The notes under the pieces were generated by a model that did no database searches, was not told the origin of the DNA, and worked only from the letters and a program-made list of their open reading frames with translations. From NCBI RefSeq assembly GCF_037042905.1, contig NC_087251.1, positions 6,202,001 through 6,266,000 of the forward strand: a DNA stretch of 64,000 nucleotides. The letters run 5' to 3'. The first letter of the stretch is position 1; every line of letters begins with the position of its first letter. Source of the DNA: Lytechinus pictus (lineage: Eukaryota). Of the stretch, positions 33,887-48,300 are shown piece by piece. The position numbers and the translations under genes are program-made.

Positions 33887-33938
33887 GGAGAACATGTGAA
33901 GATGATAGAAGAGACTGGATCCTCCAAACATTTGGTTT

Positions 33939-34255
33939 TCATTCACCATTAGACCCTGGAGTGCAGCCATTTACAAGCACAGATTTTTTGCATGCCAAGT
34001 CTGTTCCATTCTCCACAACATCATTGAGAGGTCTCTTAACAGGTTTGTTGACAGTTTGTTGAAGGGTGCAATCTTCAACCTTTGCTATTGAGTCTTTGAG
34101 TGTTGGTGCAATTCCATTCATTAATTGCACACTAGTTTGTTTAGCTTTGGAGTCCTTAGGAATGACTGGATTATGTTCTGATGTCTTTGGATTAACTATC
34201 AGTCTCTCAATGTAGTTAAACAAAACTTGCATGAATTCTGGTACACCATCATAGC
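33939..34255 (-). CDS. ITPK1: ITPK1 last coding exon (GYDGVPEF...SNGE*)
   Basis: tttttccctccag acceptor, phase 1, TGA at 33939-33941. Confidence 0.9.
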
Positions 34256-37200
34256 CTGGAGGGAAAAAACAAAATCCAAAATAAAGATTAATTCGGGTAA
34301 TCACTAGGCAAGTGTCATAATATTTTTGTTTTCACCAGTGCCCGTCAGTGATTTACATCGGCAGAGACGAGCAAACTGATGAATTAAACAAATACATGAG
34401 AAATTCAGTGTCAAAAACTTTGAAATTAACTAGTTAAGCACTAAATTTCCTATTATATTAAACTTATAATGTATTATATTTCAAAACTTTTATCAAACAA
34501 GTGGGGCTATGGATTTAAATTACCAAGCAGGACTTCTCAATTTTCTTACTTGAATTCATTGGCTTGTAAGATTATGATGTTGTTGTATTCAGTTAGGCAC
34601 AGCCATTTTTGTTCTGCTGGTTTGCCACTTGGAGGTGGCGCCACCTCAGCAGAGCTGACATAGAAAGCAACAATATTGTAATCTAGGTCCAGGTGGGGGG
34701 GGGGCATAATGACACAATAACGCCAATTATGTTACATTCAGTGCATGTCCAACCTAAAATTACAAAAAAGGGGATTTCACATACAAATTGAATGCAACAA
34801 TTGTTTTTCTTACCTGGGAATGCATTAACATCAATGACATAATGAAGGCCTGTATGGTTCTCAACTATGACATCAGCCCCAATCAGTGACATCTGAAGAC
34901 CATTGTGTAAACAGTCTGCTAGAGATTTAAGTACTTCTGAACATGGCTCTAACATCACATGATCAGCATCAGTTTCATCAAGCTATCAAATCAGGACCAG
35001 TAAAAAATAGAAGTATTGTGAAATACTGAAAATCAGTAAACTGTACATGACATTTGAGCAGGGCATTCAGCTTTCATAGAGGTGTACCACAGTCAACTGT
35101 TTAAAATGAGGGTAAAGAGACTATAAGCAGTTGAGAGAAGGAAAAAAGATGGGTTTGGGGAAATAGATTTTGTAGATAAAGTGATGTCCACATGAAATCC
35201 AGCTGCATGTCCTTAGTTACAAACTTCTTTTGAGCCAAGCTCTGGGTCATATCTTATAGATGTTGACATTGAAAGTCATTCCCCAGACATGAATAAGCAA
35301 ATCTGATTAATAAAAAGTACACACACTCCATCAAACTCACGTATGTGTGAGCTAGAAAACACAGAAAGAAAAACATTTGTTTAACACAGCAAGGCTGAGC
35401 AATCAATCTGTGATACTTGTCATACATTAACGCTCAGCTCAAAAGGGGGTCATTGGAGAGATACATACCCATACTAGAGTAAACATGAATGCCTCCACCC
35501 AATTAATGCTCAAGGACAGGGCATACTGAGGGAAAGGGGAAAATACTATGTCTAAAGCAATATGATCTGATTTAGGTAATGCAACTTGTATCTTTTTCAA
35601 GACCGATCCACATTATTTAAAAATTTTAGATATTACACATAGCACAAACTATAATCACCATTATCCAAAGTCATTGCTAAATTGACTACACTACCAACAT
35701 ATAATGTTTATGAAGAACAAGACCTTATTTCTTTTTCAGGAATGATCTCATAAATATGATAGACATACCTCATTCAGGAATGATGTTGAGTTGAATTTGG
35801 ATACATCATGACTGTCAAAAAATATAGTGCTCTGATCTGAGCCTGAGAAGAAAGGGAAAATTCATTTTAAAATAAATCAAAAGCTTGTTCTAGATACATG
35901 TAAAATGTATTATCATAAATTGAATATTGACACATGTTATTCAATTAACATGCAAAGACGATGTAACTCCTGACAAAGATAATACATTTCTGCAATTAAT
36001 AATTTGCTATATACAACCATGAAATCTCTATAATAAATTTCTTGAACACCCTATCCCATTTGTCAGACTGGTTTCAGACTGGACAAATTGTAAGACCTTT
36101 CTCCACACCATGGGAGTATTCCAGCAAGGTCTTGAAATAATCACAATGTTTGGCAAACTACAGCAACTTTTCCACATTCCTGGATGTTTGTTTAATGCAA
36201 ATGTGTAGTCTTGCCAAAGATCTTTGTAAGGAATGTGTCAATCACATGACATGAAGAAGTCGCTTGGGTTACATTACTTTTGAGATATTCACTTACCTCC
36301 TATTGTGAAGTTTTTAACTGACGGTCTCTTGACTACAAAGTACTGATCTCCTATGATGAACACTTTATGAAGCAAGGCATTGTGATTAATGAATGTTTGA
36401 GCTACACATGGCGGCCTGATATCCTTTAACCCAGCTTCATTGAATATCAAAGACATCTTGAAGAAAAAATAAAGGAAACATAAACTAATAGTGAATATTA
36501 ATGAAAATTAACTGACCACTTTGAACTTTAACATTTTTACCTCACATTATAACCAGATAATTGTACTCCTATTGCATTTAAAGACCAACTCTTTTTGCAA
36601 TATGCGTCAGGAATAAATTTCACCTAACAAAGGATTCTTTAATTATCTTGAGAAAGAGCAAATTCCTAGTATCTATTGACCTCTGTGACCTTTGACATGG
36701 TGCCAATGACATCTTCTAAAAAAGTTTCCCTCTCCAGAGTTGAATACATAAGCCCAGTTCAAAGTCTTATATGTCATACAATTCTAATTATTTTGAGTAT
36801 AATGAGAAATGACCTCTTTAACATTTGACCTTGATACCCCCAAATAACTACTTACTGACACCACCATCACTCATAACCCAAGTTTGAAAATGATCAATCG
36901 AATGGATTTATGTTCTCCTGAAAAAAATGAGGACAGAAGGGAAACCAGGAAACATAATACTAAAATCAAATGCCTAGATGGTGGCTGAAGGGGATGCATG
37001 AAAAGATAAAATTAAAATGAAAGAGTAAATTAAAAGAGAGAGAGAGAGAGGGATACACACTTGAGTCATGGAAAACACACATGGGCAGTAGATATTTTTA
37101 GGACAAGGCCAATTTTCAAAGAGCACATTTTTATACTACAACACAAGTTCGAGAAAAATTAAAAAGGGCACAAAAATATCTAACGCCAGTGAGGCCAATT

Positions 37201-39342
37201 CAATAGAGCAATTGAAAGTCTTGGATGGTCAAGGATTAATTTAAAACATACAGTATTGTAGTTATAAATCAATATTCATGTACAAAACCGGGAAGCTTTT
37301 TGCAACAAACACAAGAAAATATGTGAACAGGATCTAAAATTATTTCCTTATTATTCCCACAATCAATTGGATCAACACATATTTCCCCTCTATTTTATGG
37401 TCTTAACATTCTGTAAATGAATGTTGATAATTACATGGTGGAATAACAAAGTATGGCTAATATTTTCCCTCTTTGGATCCTTTGATATCAATTAATTCTC
37501 TTCCTTATAATATGATAATTATACTTATCAACCTATCAAACTCAAATGTTTTTTTTCCATCATGAATAAAAGATTCATACCACAGAATAATTTCCCAAAA
37601 CACAAATTACATGAAGATTACAGAGCACATTTTACATTCACTATTTCACATTCATTCATTACCTTTTAGTTCATTAGATCACTTGCATTTAATTACTTTT
37701 TAATTTCAATTAAGTATTTTCATGGTTGTACACAGCCTCTTGCCCCAATGACCCCCCCCCCCCCCCGAAATTTTGAAAACTTCAAAATTTTCACTAAATT
37801 CACCAAAAATATGCACAAAATCCTTCAATTTCGCTTTAGAAAATGCAAAAGCACCCCCAAGCTTAGCCGCTTTGCTCTCTTGCTTCTTAAAGAAATTTAT
37901 GCTGCTTGCCCCCCCCTCCCCTCCAGAAAAAAATTCCTGCGTAAGGCCATAAATATTTTCATTTGCTAAAGTGTCTTCTAAATTGTGTCTGGCTATAAGG
38001 TAGAGTGAAAACCAAACAATTGAAAAAAAAAAATGTTCTGGCCAACCTTCACATCTATTTACCTGATATCTACATGCTAATAATACCAAGGAATTTCTGA
38101 TCATAACATGAAGGATGGAAATGATTATAATTGCTTAAAATATTAATCGAAAACTTTTTAATTTGTAGAAAAACAGTTTCTGGTGGTTCAAATACAATGA
38201 ACTGTCTTTTTTTCTGATCAGAACTTTGCCTCATATCATCCTCATCCTTTACTTTGGGTTCTTACCTTGTGTGAGATTACTGATCCATGGGCTTGAGATG
38301 GCTTACAAACTGTACAAAAGGAAATAAAAGATTGCTCAAACTGAGATTTAAATTTTTCACAGAAAGCTTGTCTTCTAAAAATTATGTTTACATCAAACAT
38401 ACAGTGTCTACAAGAATTACTTGTAAAATTTACTTGTACACTGTAAATTAACAAGTGGAATGCCTCTGGCCGTCTCACCTGCATCACGCGATTCAATATA
38501 GCAGCAGTGCTGATTTTGAAAACTACTATAACTCGCACAAGATGTTCAGTGATACTTGGTTACTCGTATTTCCACGTTTTATGAATTAGACCAATACACT
38601 TATAGAGATATGATGGCAATTCAACAAATACCCCCAATGTGGCCAAAGTTCTTTGACCTTACATGACCTTTGACCTTGATCATGTGACCTGAAACTCGCA
38701 CAGGATGTTCAGTGATACTTGATTACTCTTATGTCCAAGTTTTATGAACTAGACCAACACACTTTCAAATTTATGGCTGTAATTCAACAAATACCCAAAT
38801 TTGGCCAAAGTTCATTGACCCTAAATGACCTTTGACCTTGATCATGTGACCTGAAACTTGCACAGGATGTTCAGTAATACTTGATTACTATTATGTCCAA
38901 GTTTCATGAATCAGATCCATAAACTTTCAAAGTTATGATGGTAATTCAACAGATACCCCCAATTCGGCCAAAGTTCATTGACCCTAAATGACCTTTGACC
39001 TTGGTCATGTGTCGGGAAACTCATGCAGGATGTTCAGTGATACTTGATTAACCTTATGTATAAGTTTCATGAACTAGGTCCATATATTTTCTAAGTTATG
39101 CTGTCATTTCAAAAACTTAACCTTAGGTTAAGATTTTGATGTTGATTCCCCCAACATGGTCTAAGTTCATTGACCCTAAATGACCTTTGACCTTGGTCAT
39201 GTGACATGAAACTCAGGCAGGATGTTCAGTAATACTTGATTAACCTTATGGCCAAGTTTCATCAACTAGGTCTATATACTTTCTAAGTTATGCTGTCATT
39301 TCAAAAACTTAACCTCAGGTTAAGATTTGGTGTTGACGCCGC

Positions 39343-39373
<31 letters not shown>

Positions 39374-42300
39374 GGAAAAGCGGCGCCTATAGTCTCACTC
39401 TGCTATGCAGGTGAGACAAAAACACTGAAAAATGAGTGGATGGACTATGATAAAAGTAAAAAATGTGTAACCTGGCTTTCATAAACTCTAATGAATTATA
39501 TATCACATGAAAGAGAAAAGTATAGTCTTTGTTTTCCATTTGGTAGCAAATTGTTATTGGTCACGCATGAATGATTGTATTTCAAATCAGTCTGATAATG
39601 CATATTTTCATACCTTTTGTGATCATTGAAGTGTAACTCGCAATGCTTCGATGATCATGACTTTATTACTTTTTCTGAGATGATATGCTCTCATTTCATA
39701 TAAAATTCAAATCCTTTTCACTCACTTTATTCATTTTGACAGGAAATGAAATATCAACAAGTGGAATGCCTCTGGCAGTCTCGCCTGCATTACACGATTT
39801 GATATACCAGCAGTGCTGACATTGAAAACAGCTATTAAATAATTACTCATAAAAGAAAACACTCATAAGATAATAAAATACTATGTGCATTTACCCAACA
39901 TGACCTTTGAACATGATCATGTGACCTCAGACATGTGCAAAACAACTCGATTACTGGTACCCTTATGTTTACTTTAAATGAACTACATGTGTAGATCCAT
40001 AAACTTTCTAAGTTGTGATGCCAATTCAACAAATACCACCAACATGGCCAAAGTTCATTGACCCTAAATGACCTTTGATTTTGGTCAAGTGACCTGGAAC
40101 AAGCACAAGATATTCAGGGATACATGGTTACTCTTATGTCCCAAGTTTCCATGAACTAGATTTATAAACTTTTAAATTTATGACAATTCCACAAATACCC
40201 TCAACATTTTCAAAGTTCGTTGACCCTATGACATTTGATTTTGGTCATGTGACCTGAAACACACACAAAATATTCAGGGATACATAATTGCTCTTATGTC
40301 TAAGTTTTATCAACTAGATCCATAAAATTTCAAAGTTATGATGACGATTCCACAAATACCCCCAACATGGTCAAAGTTCGTTGACCCTAAAGGACCTTTG
40401 ACCTTGGTCATGTGACCTGAAACTCAGGCCGGATGTTCAGTAATACTTGATAACCTTTCTGTCTAAGTTTCATGACTAGGTCCATATAATTTCTAAGTTA
40501 TGATGATATTTCAAAGACTTAACCTTGGTTAAGATTTCAATGTTGAAGCCGCCGCCGTCGGAAAAGCGGCGCCTATAGTCTGTCTCTGCTATGCAGGCGA
40601 GACAAAAATGAATCGAATTACACCCCTGTACAAATGTCAATGGGACAACAGCAGACAGGTATCAATTCGTTTTAAAATTGTTTATGAAATATGTAATACC
40701 GACTAAAATATTAAGACCTGTATATCAAATGAAAGCATATCATCTCATCTCTCAGGGGAAAAAAAGGAAATAAACCATGACCAATGAAGCGTTGCACACT
40801 TTGCTTCAATAATTACAGCAAAGGTCTGAAAATATACATTTTTGCATATACCAATTCAGAATCATTCATGCATTACTGATCACTATTTGGAAGTAGTTGC
40901 AAAACAAAGGCCATTCTTTCTTTTCCATTTTTATATTCAGTTTGACAGGAAATGAAATATGAAAAATTAATTTAATTACACCCATTTACAAAAGTCAATG
41001 AGGCAACAGCAGTTGGACATCAATTTTTTTTAAATCATTAACAAACTCTGTAAAACCGACTGAAATATTAAGAATTGTATACCAAATGAAAGCATATCAT
41101 CTCATCTCTTGGAAAAATAGAAAATAAGTCATTATCAATGAAGCATTTTGTGCTATGCTTCAATAATCACAGCAAGGTCTGAAAGAATGCAAATTGGATT
41201 TCATAATTCATTATCATTCATGCATGACCGATGACGATTTTCAACTAGTGGAGGTGCAAAACAATGGTTACACTTTCCTCTTTCATATGATATAAATTTA
41301 TTATATTTCATGATGGCCAACCTAGGAATTTTTGGGTTCCAACATAGTTCATATTCTCATTTTGCATTGCTGTATGTAGTGTACATTGTAGACACTGTAA
41401 ATCCATTGTAGATAGTATTTATAAATGCACTCTGTACCAAGTACAATTTACCTTATTCATATACTAACAAGGCACACTGTAAGCATTAAAATATTCTAGG
41501 GTATTGCAATACATGGATATATTTGTATGACAACAAAAAAATTCTCTACATGTAGGCCTACATGGCTACATGCCCGGGGGGGGGGGGGGGGGGCACTCAG
41601 TATATAATGCATAGTGGGTATGTGCCACGGGGGGGACCCCCATTTTTACACTCAAATTTCCGTTCCAACGCATAGCATTTGTGTCTTATTGAGAAAAAGA
41701 ACAAAGAAAGCCGCTCCTAAGCATAGCATATTCTTCTTATCATGAAAAAAGAAGAAAGAAATCCGCTCCAAAGCTTCACATATTTTCTGTAACGCCGTTC
41801 CGGCCACATTGATCTGCTACAAAAATGAGCCGCAGTTTTGGTGAAAAGCGGCCGCAGAGCGCTGTCCGACTATCGCCTATGCGCTAGCGCACCCGGCGCC
41901 TGTGCCGCCATGCTAGTTGCATGCATGTATGCCCGTTCCATAGGGACGCATACGCACTCACACACAGGCGACCCATTCCAAGGACCCCCTTTTTCACAAA
42001 CATTTGTAGTTCCGAAGCCCGTTCCGAGGACCCCCTTTTTTACAATAAGCCCGCTCCAAGGCCCCGGTTTTTTGCCTCGCCCGCAGCACATACCTACTAC
42101 TTTTGAATTTGGATACATCATGACTGTCAAAAAATATAGTGCTCTGATCTGAGCCTGAGAAGAAAGGGAAAATTCATTTTAAAATAAATCAAAAGCCTTT
42201 GCATAGCCCCCCCCCCCCCCCCCCCCCCCGGGGGGCTACATGCAAAGGGTTTTGTTTAATACCAGCTTAAAATTTGTAGAGGATTTTGTGGTCAATCATT

Positions 42301-45300
42301 CTATGGCCTGTTTACTGCACTGGTGGCTATTCAAGCAGCAAATCTCAAATGGTCTGTCATGACCCCCCCCCCCCTTCCCCCTCCACTTGAAAAGGGTGGC
42401 TTTACAAATCTCCATAATGATACATTGTGTTTTAACATACTGTACATTCAGATAAGCTGCTCCTCAAGGCAAACCCAATAAATGATAAACATGAGCTGAC
42501 TAAATAAATGATAAGTGACTTAAAATTGGATTTAAAATCGGATCAATACATCATGAATTTTAAACAGTGTTTTGCCTCAATGTTACGGTATACCTTGTAA
42601 AGCATGTCAGTAAATAGCACTATAACAATGTGGAGGTCCACTCCCCTATACATGTACATGTAGCTTTTCTTAAAGGCCACCGCACACCTTAAAACCCAAC
42701 TGGTCTGCGACTGAGTGAGGGAAAATGTTAAGTCACAGCCCTTGTCAGACAGAAGAGTCGCCTTTAAATACTGACGCGTACCTGATATGCAACATGCACA
42801 CGCAGTACTAAGCATCAATATCTCTGTTGCTATGGCAAAAAGCAAAAAGCACATGCGTGAGTTGCAGACCAGCATAGTCAGATTGCAAGGTGTGTGGTGT
42901 CGAGGCTTATTACTACCTTGCGATTCATCTCCCTTTACTCAGTCGCAGACCAGTCGGGTCGTAAGATGTGCGGTGGCCTTAAAATCCTTTTAAATCCTTT
43001 CTTTGATACAAAACACCAAATTAATCCTTTTTAGTGTGTGTGTATTTCTAAATATTTACAAGTGCTTTCTGGTTATCCGTCCTCATACTTCTAATTGTTT
43101 CTCAATCTTGTTTATCTAAAATTACAAATGATAATATAATAGTCATGATAGAGACAACTTAATGAATGAGGATTGTGAAATCATAATCATCATTATAAAA
43201 AAATAATAATTTGAGAATTATCATTATCAATCATTACTACCAAATCATAATACCATAGAAAATAGAATGACAGTACAAAACATGTATATACCTACCACAG
43301 GACACTCACTACCATATATGGTTACAGAGAGAATATGCAAATGGTATTCACAACTGTTCCTCAATTTCATATCCTTACCTAAAGGGAATCCTACTTGAGC
43401 CTTGCGTAGAAGCTGCATAATCTCCGTTTCTTTGGTTGTATGGATTTCAACAAAGTTGGGTACTTTGACTTTCCTATGAATATCTAAGAATAAATAAGTA
43501 AATATATGATATATACAATCAAACTTTTTTCTTTCTTTTTCTTTTCATTCGAGCAATTTCTTAATAATGCATACTGAAGCATGATAGCTGTTAAATGTGA
43601 GGAAAGACAGTTTGAAAGGTGTAGGAGTTGTGATGCACTGTACTGGGGATTGCAATTTTTGAATAATTCTTGTCTATTCATCAGGTTATATTAATCACTC
43701 TGTTGAATTGTGATTGAGCCTGCAATCCTTTTAATACAATCCAGATTATTAATCAGACAAGAGATAGAGAGCTCAGCATTATTTTGTGAACAAAGTCAAT
43801 ATGAGGCATTAAAAAAGCAAAACACACCAATAGGTGAAACATTTTTTTTGTTAAGGTGACACAATCTGTGCATCAATCAAATTTGTTTATGTGGTTACAA
43901 AAAATTATCCAGATTAATGACAACAAATTCATGGCAAAATAATTAATGAAAACAATACAATGTCATTAGGTCAGTGAAATACTTGAAGCATAAATCGGAT
44001 TGATTTGTCTCATCATTTCTAAATGCAATGAAGAAAGTTGTTGCACCTGGCTTTCAAAAAACCATATCCTCGTAATAAGATCGTAAAAATTATGAGCACT
44101 TATCTCTCATTATCAAGTTTGAGAATGGTAGTTGCAGACCATTTGGATTGTAAGGTGCATGATGGGTTTGGCCATGGACCTAGGCACAACAAAATTGTCT
44201 GGTGTCTTGAATATCAAGACTCTCTCCTTTCAGTAATGATATACTTACCAGGGTTACTTTGGAGGGAATCTAGTAGGACTTGATAGCTAATATTACGATC
44301 CATCAGGTTCTTGACGGCACTTAGAGGATCTAAGACCACTACATCAGGATTAACCTTGATGTACATCTGAAAATAACAAAATGTCATAGTCAAGAATACA
44401 TTTTTGAAATTCATATTTTTGTAATTTAAAATATGCTTTAAGGGCAGTTAAGGCACTTTGAAACAAGCCAACAGCCAGACTGAGTCCCTCCCACCCATAC
44501 CTTCATGAGTTTCCTGAAGTACATGTACATCCCTATTATGGTTACACAACATCTACTACGGCGACAATTGCTCCGGGCTTTATTTCATCTAAGATAAAGG
44601 GTAGGGTTAGGATAGGCTATATAGTGTTAAATCCGGGGTTGAAGTTGGTCATTCCATAAATGTGTGGAATTTGCAGCGGAGCAATTATCGCCAGATCAAA
44701 TGTCATGGAACCCCCTATTATATGTACACCATGTTTGATTTCACATTTCATTTGGATCCTAAGTCTCCTTTCATCTTCAGTGGAAGAGACAAAAAGAAAA
44801 AAGAATTATCTGTCATTCAATCACACAGTGAAATAAACAGACATGTAGCTTTGCAGTTTGTTCTTCCAAGGAATTGGAGATGCTACAAAATTCATAATGC
44901 ATTAAAATGAATACAAAATATCACACTGTTCGTACTTGTCAAGTTTGACAAAGCTATTGCATTTCCTTTTCTCTTTTACATGTAAAATAACTTTGTGCAA
45001 AACAAGTTCATGTAACAATTCAATTTTATGATATGGGAATATGTAAAGTTTGAGAGATCTCCTTCTAAGCAGTATAACAGTATGAAAGGGGGATGTAGAC
45101 TCACTCTCCAAAACAACTTTATTTCCTTATATTTATTTTCTGCTTTTATAAGTTTTTCAACAATTCAAAGGGCAAGCTCACCAAGAGTTGAAATTCATTT
45201 GAAAGAATCAAAAGAAAGAAATACAAGCAAAACCGTGAAGTTTCACCTGAAATAAATTGGATGAAAAATGACATAAATACAGCATTTGTTTCAAATACCA

Positions 45301-48300
45301 GTATTTGAATAACAAAGATCTATCCATCATTAAAATGGGCTTATCATTTTAAAAGCCCATTTTTTCTTATCATTTTTATAAATATTCAAATTTTCTGCTG
45401 GGAAAAAGGAAAAAACATTGCATGGCTCTTTAAAATTGTGCATTAAAAGCACAATGCATTCAGCTTGGAAACCTGGCTCCTGAGTTGGCATCAACAAGTC
45501 ATTGGACATTCAAACTTCTAGTAGTCATGAATGTGTATAAAATCATCTATATTACAGGCAGGTCTATAATTCACCAGCCAGACAGGTCTTTCCCAGGAAA
45601 ATTACTAGGTTATTGATAACTATTGGATTTTTGCAATTTATATCAGAATCAACCATAAATCAAAATGTCATTGTTTTATGTCTCTCTTTTACTGTACAGG
45701 TATGATAAACTCACAAGCCTGTATTCTGAAGTCTGATTAACCTCTAGAGGCCATGGTCTAACTCTGTGCCATTATGGGAAACATTGTATTAACATTGTAA
45801 TTTTATATTTCTTATGCTCATTATGTTGTTTAACCATGCTATAATGATGAAGAAAACTGATTCATTGTACCCAGAGAGTTATGAATGACCCAAGTGACAG
45901 ATTAGATTATACAAATCAAACCTGTGATATTGGAGATTTGGGTCTCAATTGGCTATCCATAGTTAAATCACAACTTTAGACCAGAGTTTAAATTAAACCA
46001 AAGTTTTGAATACAGGCCCATAGACTATCCAGTAACATTTATCTTTACAAGTAAACGCAAGTTAAAGCAACCTAGGATGCAACCCTCTACAGCCCAGGGT
46101 TGTGTTCCCAAACCTTTTCTTTTCAAGGGCTAACACATCAGTGTTCCATCAGTGTTACAAAGGCCATATCAACAACCATCTGTCAGCACATGTGGTATGC
46201 AATTGCCACTAAAACAATGTCCATTCATGAAAGTGTAGGGACCCTATCATCCTCCTATACTAAACCTTACGAGCTATCATTAATTCATCCTCTAATAGTC
46301 TGGATCAGCTAAGTGTGTACCCATTGCTTGGTAAGAGTGCAGAATGGAAATACATATATATCCGGATTATTATCATGTTAAAAAAACGTGCGCAGTGTCA
46401 CAGTCTTTACAATTTGAAATTCCTGTTCATGAATTTCAAGATGAGAACAAATGCTGCTTATGCGGACCAAGTCCTATCAGCGGCACTCAATTAGTCTGTA
46501 CTATTCTGGTACTCAACCTTTCATGAATAGAAATAGTCTGCACTAAGTCTGCTCCATGAACGTATGAAAGGGGTAATATACAACCTAGTATCTGTTGAAC
46601 ATTCCTCTGTACCTGCAGCATGTGCATACATGGTGGTCATCCAGTCGACCTGAAAACAATCACTCACAATCACTAATAGTCTGGACTTGCAGACCCTAAT
46701 GTTAATCTGCATCATATCTCATCTCCCAAATAACAAATGAACAACTTCAACAACATGTAAGTTCCAAAAAAGTGTACACTGAGATATATATATATATATA
46801 TAGTGTAATCCAAACTGTGTGAGAAACAATCCCTACTACAACACTTAAAAAAAAAAGGTTTTAGAAAATGAGAAGTAGACATACCTGTGGCTGTAGCCGA
46901 ATATTCCTTATTTCAGATACCTTTGTTTCATATGTAAAATTTTCCTTAACCCAGTATATAGATGGGGTTAAATTGCAAGTTAGCTGCCTTCACCTAACTT
47001 ACAGGGTTATAGCTTGGTCCACTTTCTTTTCTCACAGTGGGCACACACACACTACCGATTTGAGTGTGCAAAAATAGCAGGGTTAGCCAAGCAATTGCCA
47101 TGTTACTTTTAAGTGTGAAAGTCCAGGATTAAGAGTCGCTATGAGAAATGAGTTCCAGCCAAGCGAAGGACGGTGCTCCATGTTTGATTTTAGCACATAT
47201 AACTATTCAGGAATAAACATTTCATACAGTGTACATGTAGCTAAATCTATTTGCGAAAGAAATGAAAACTATCACTTTACTAAAAATTATTGAAGTTTGA
47301 GATTCATATCAGAGATAAAAAGGGCAGGAAACATATTTAAAACATCCCAACTAAGATGATCTTTGAAGGTTTCAGTGGTAGAGAGAATAATGGAGGTTTT
47401 CACGGTAAACACCATGTATGTAGTCCTGAACAGGACTGTTTGTCATTCTTTCTTGATTGTATGTTAGCCCCGGGGGGGGCACTCGACCAAAAAAGTGGTA
47501 GGGGTGTGCCGCGGGCGAGGCAAAAAACGGGGGCCTTGGAGCGGGCTTATTGTAAAAAGGAGGGTCCTCGGAACGGGCTTCGGAACTACAAATGTTTGTG
47601 AAAACGGGGGTCCTCGGAACGGATCTCCGTATCTCTGTGAGTGCGTATACATCCCTATGGAACGGGCAATCGTGCATGACGCAGCTAGCGCGGCCTCTGC
47701 CGGTGCGCTCGCGCTTAGGCGATGGTCGAAAAGCGCTCTACGGCCGCTTATCAATGCGACCGGAACGGCGTAACGAAAAATATGCGAAGCTTTGGAGCGG
47801 ATTTCTTTCTTCTTTTTTCTCGATAAGAAGGAAATGCTATGCCTTGGAGCGGCTTTCTTTGTTCTTTTTCTCAAAAAGACAGAAATGCTATGCCTTGGAA
47901 CGGAAATTTGAGTGTAAAAATGGGGGTCCCCTCCGCGGCACATACCCACTATGCATTATATACTGAGTGCCCCCCCCCCGGGATGTTAGCTCTGAAAAGA
48001 ACTGTTGACGATATTTCGACCAGCATGTTCTGGTTGTCATCAGGAATGATGATCCACATGAAAACATCCTTACTACCAAACATGATTTTGAAAATCTGTC
48101 ACCAACATGATTAAAACCTACATGTACTGTATGATTATTCAGTAAAACCAATATACACAAAATGAAGTTATCAAATTATACATTTTACAAACAATCATAA
48201 GAGTTACGCTAAGAAATCTATGTTTGTTCATAGATGTACATGAAGCTGAATAACTTTAGAGCAAGACTTTGTTAGCCTTTTTAATACCTTACCTAATATA

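Noticed and set aside
47356..48160. Cluster of 80-160 aa ORFs (also 41838-42152)
   Set aside because: They arise from the GC-rich MITE copies and show no protein motifs.
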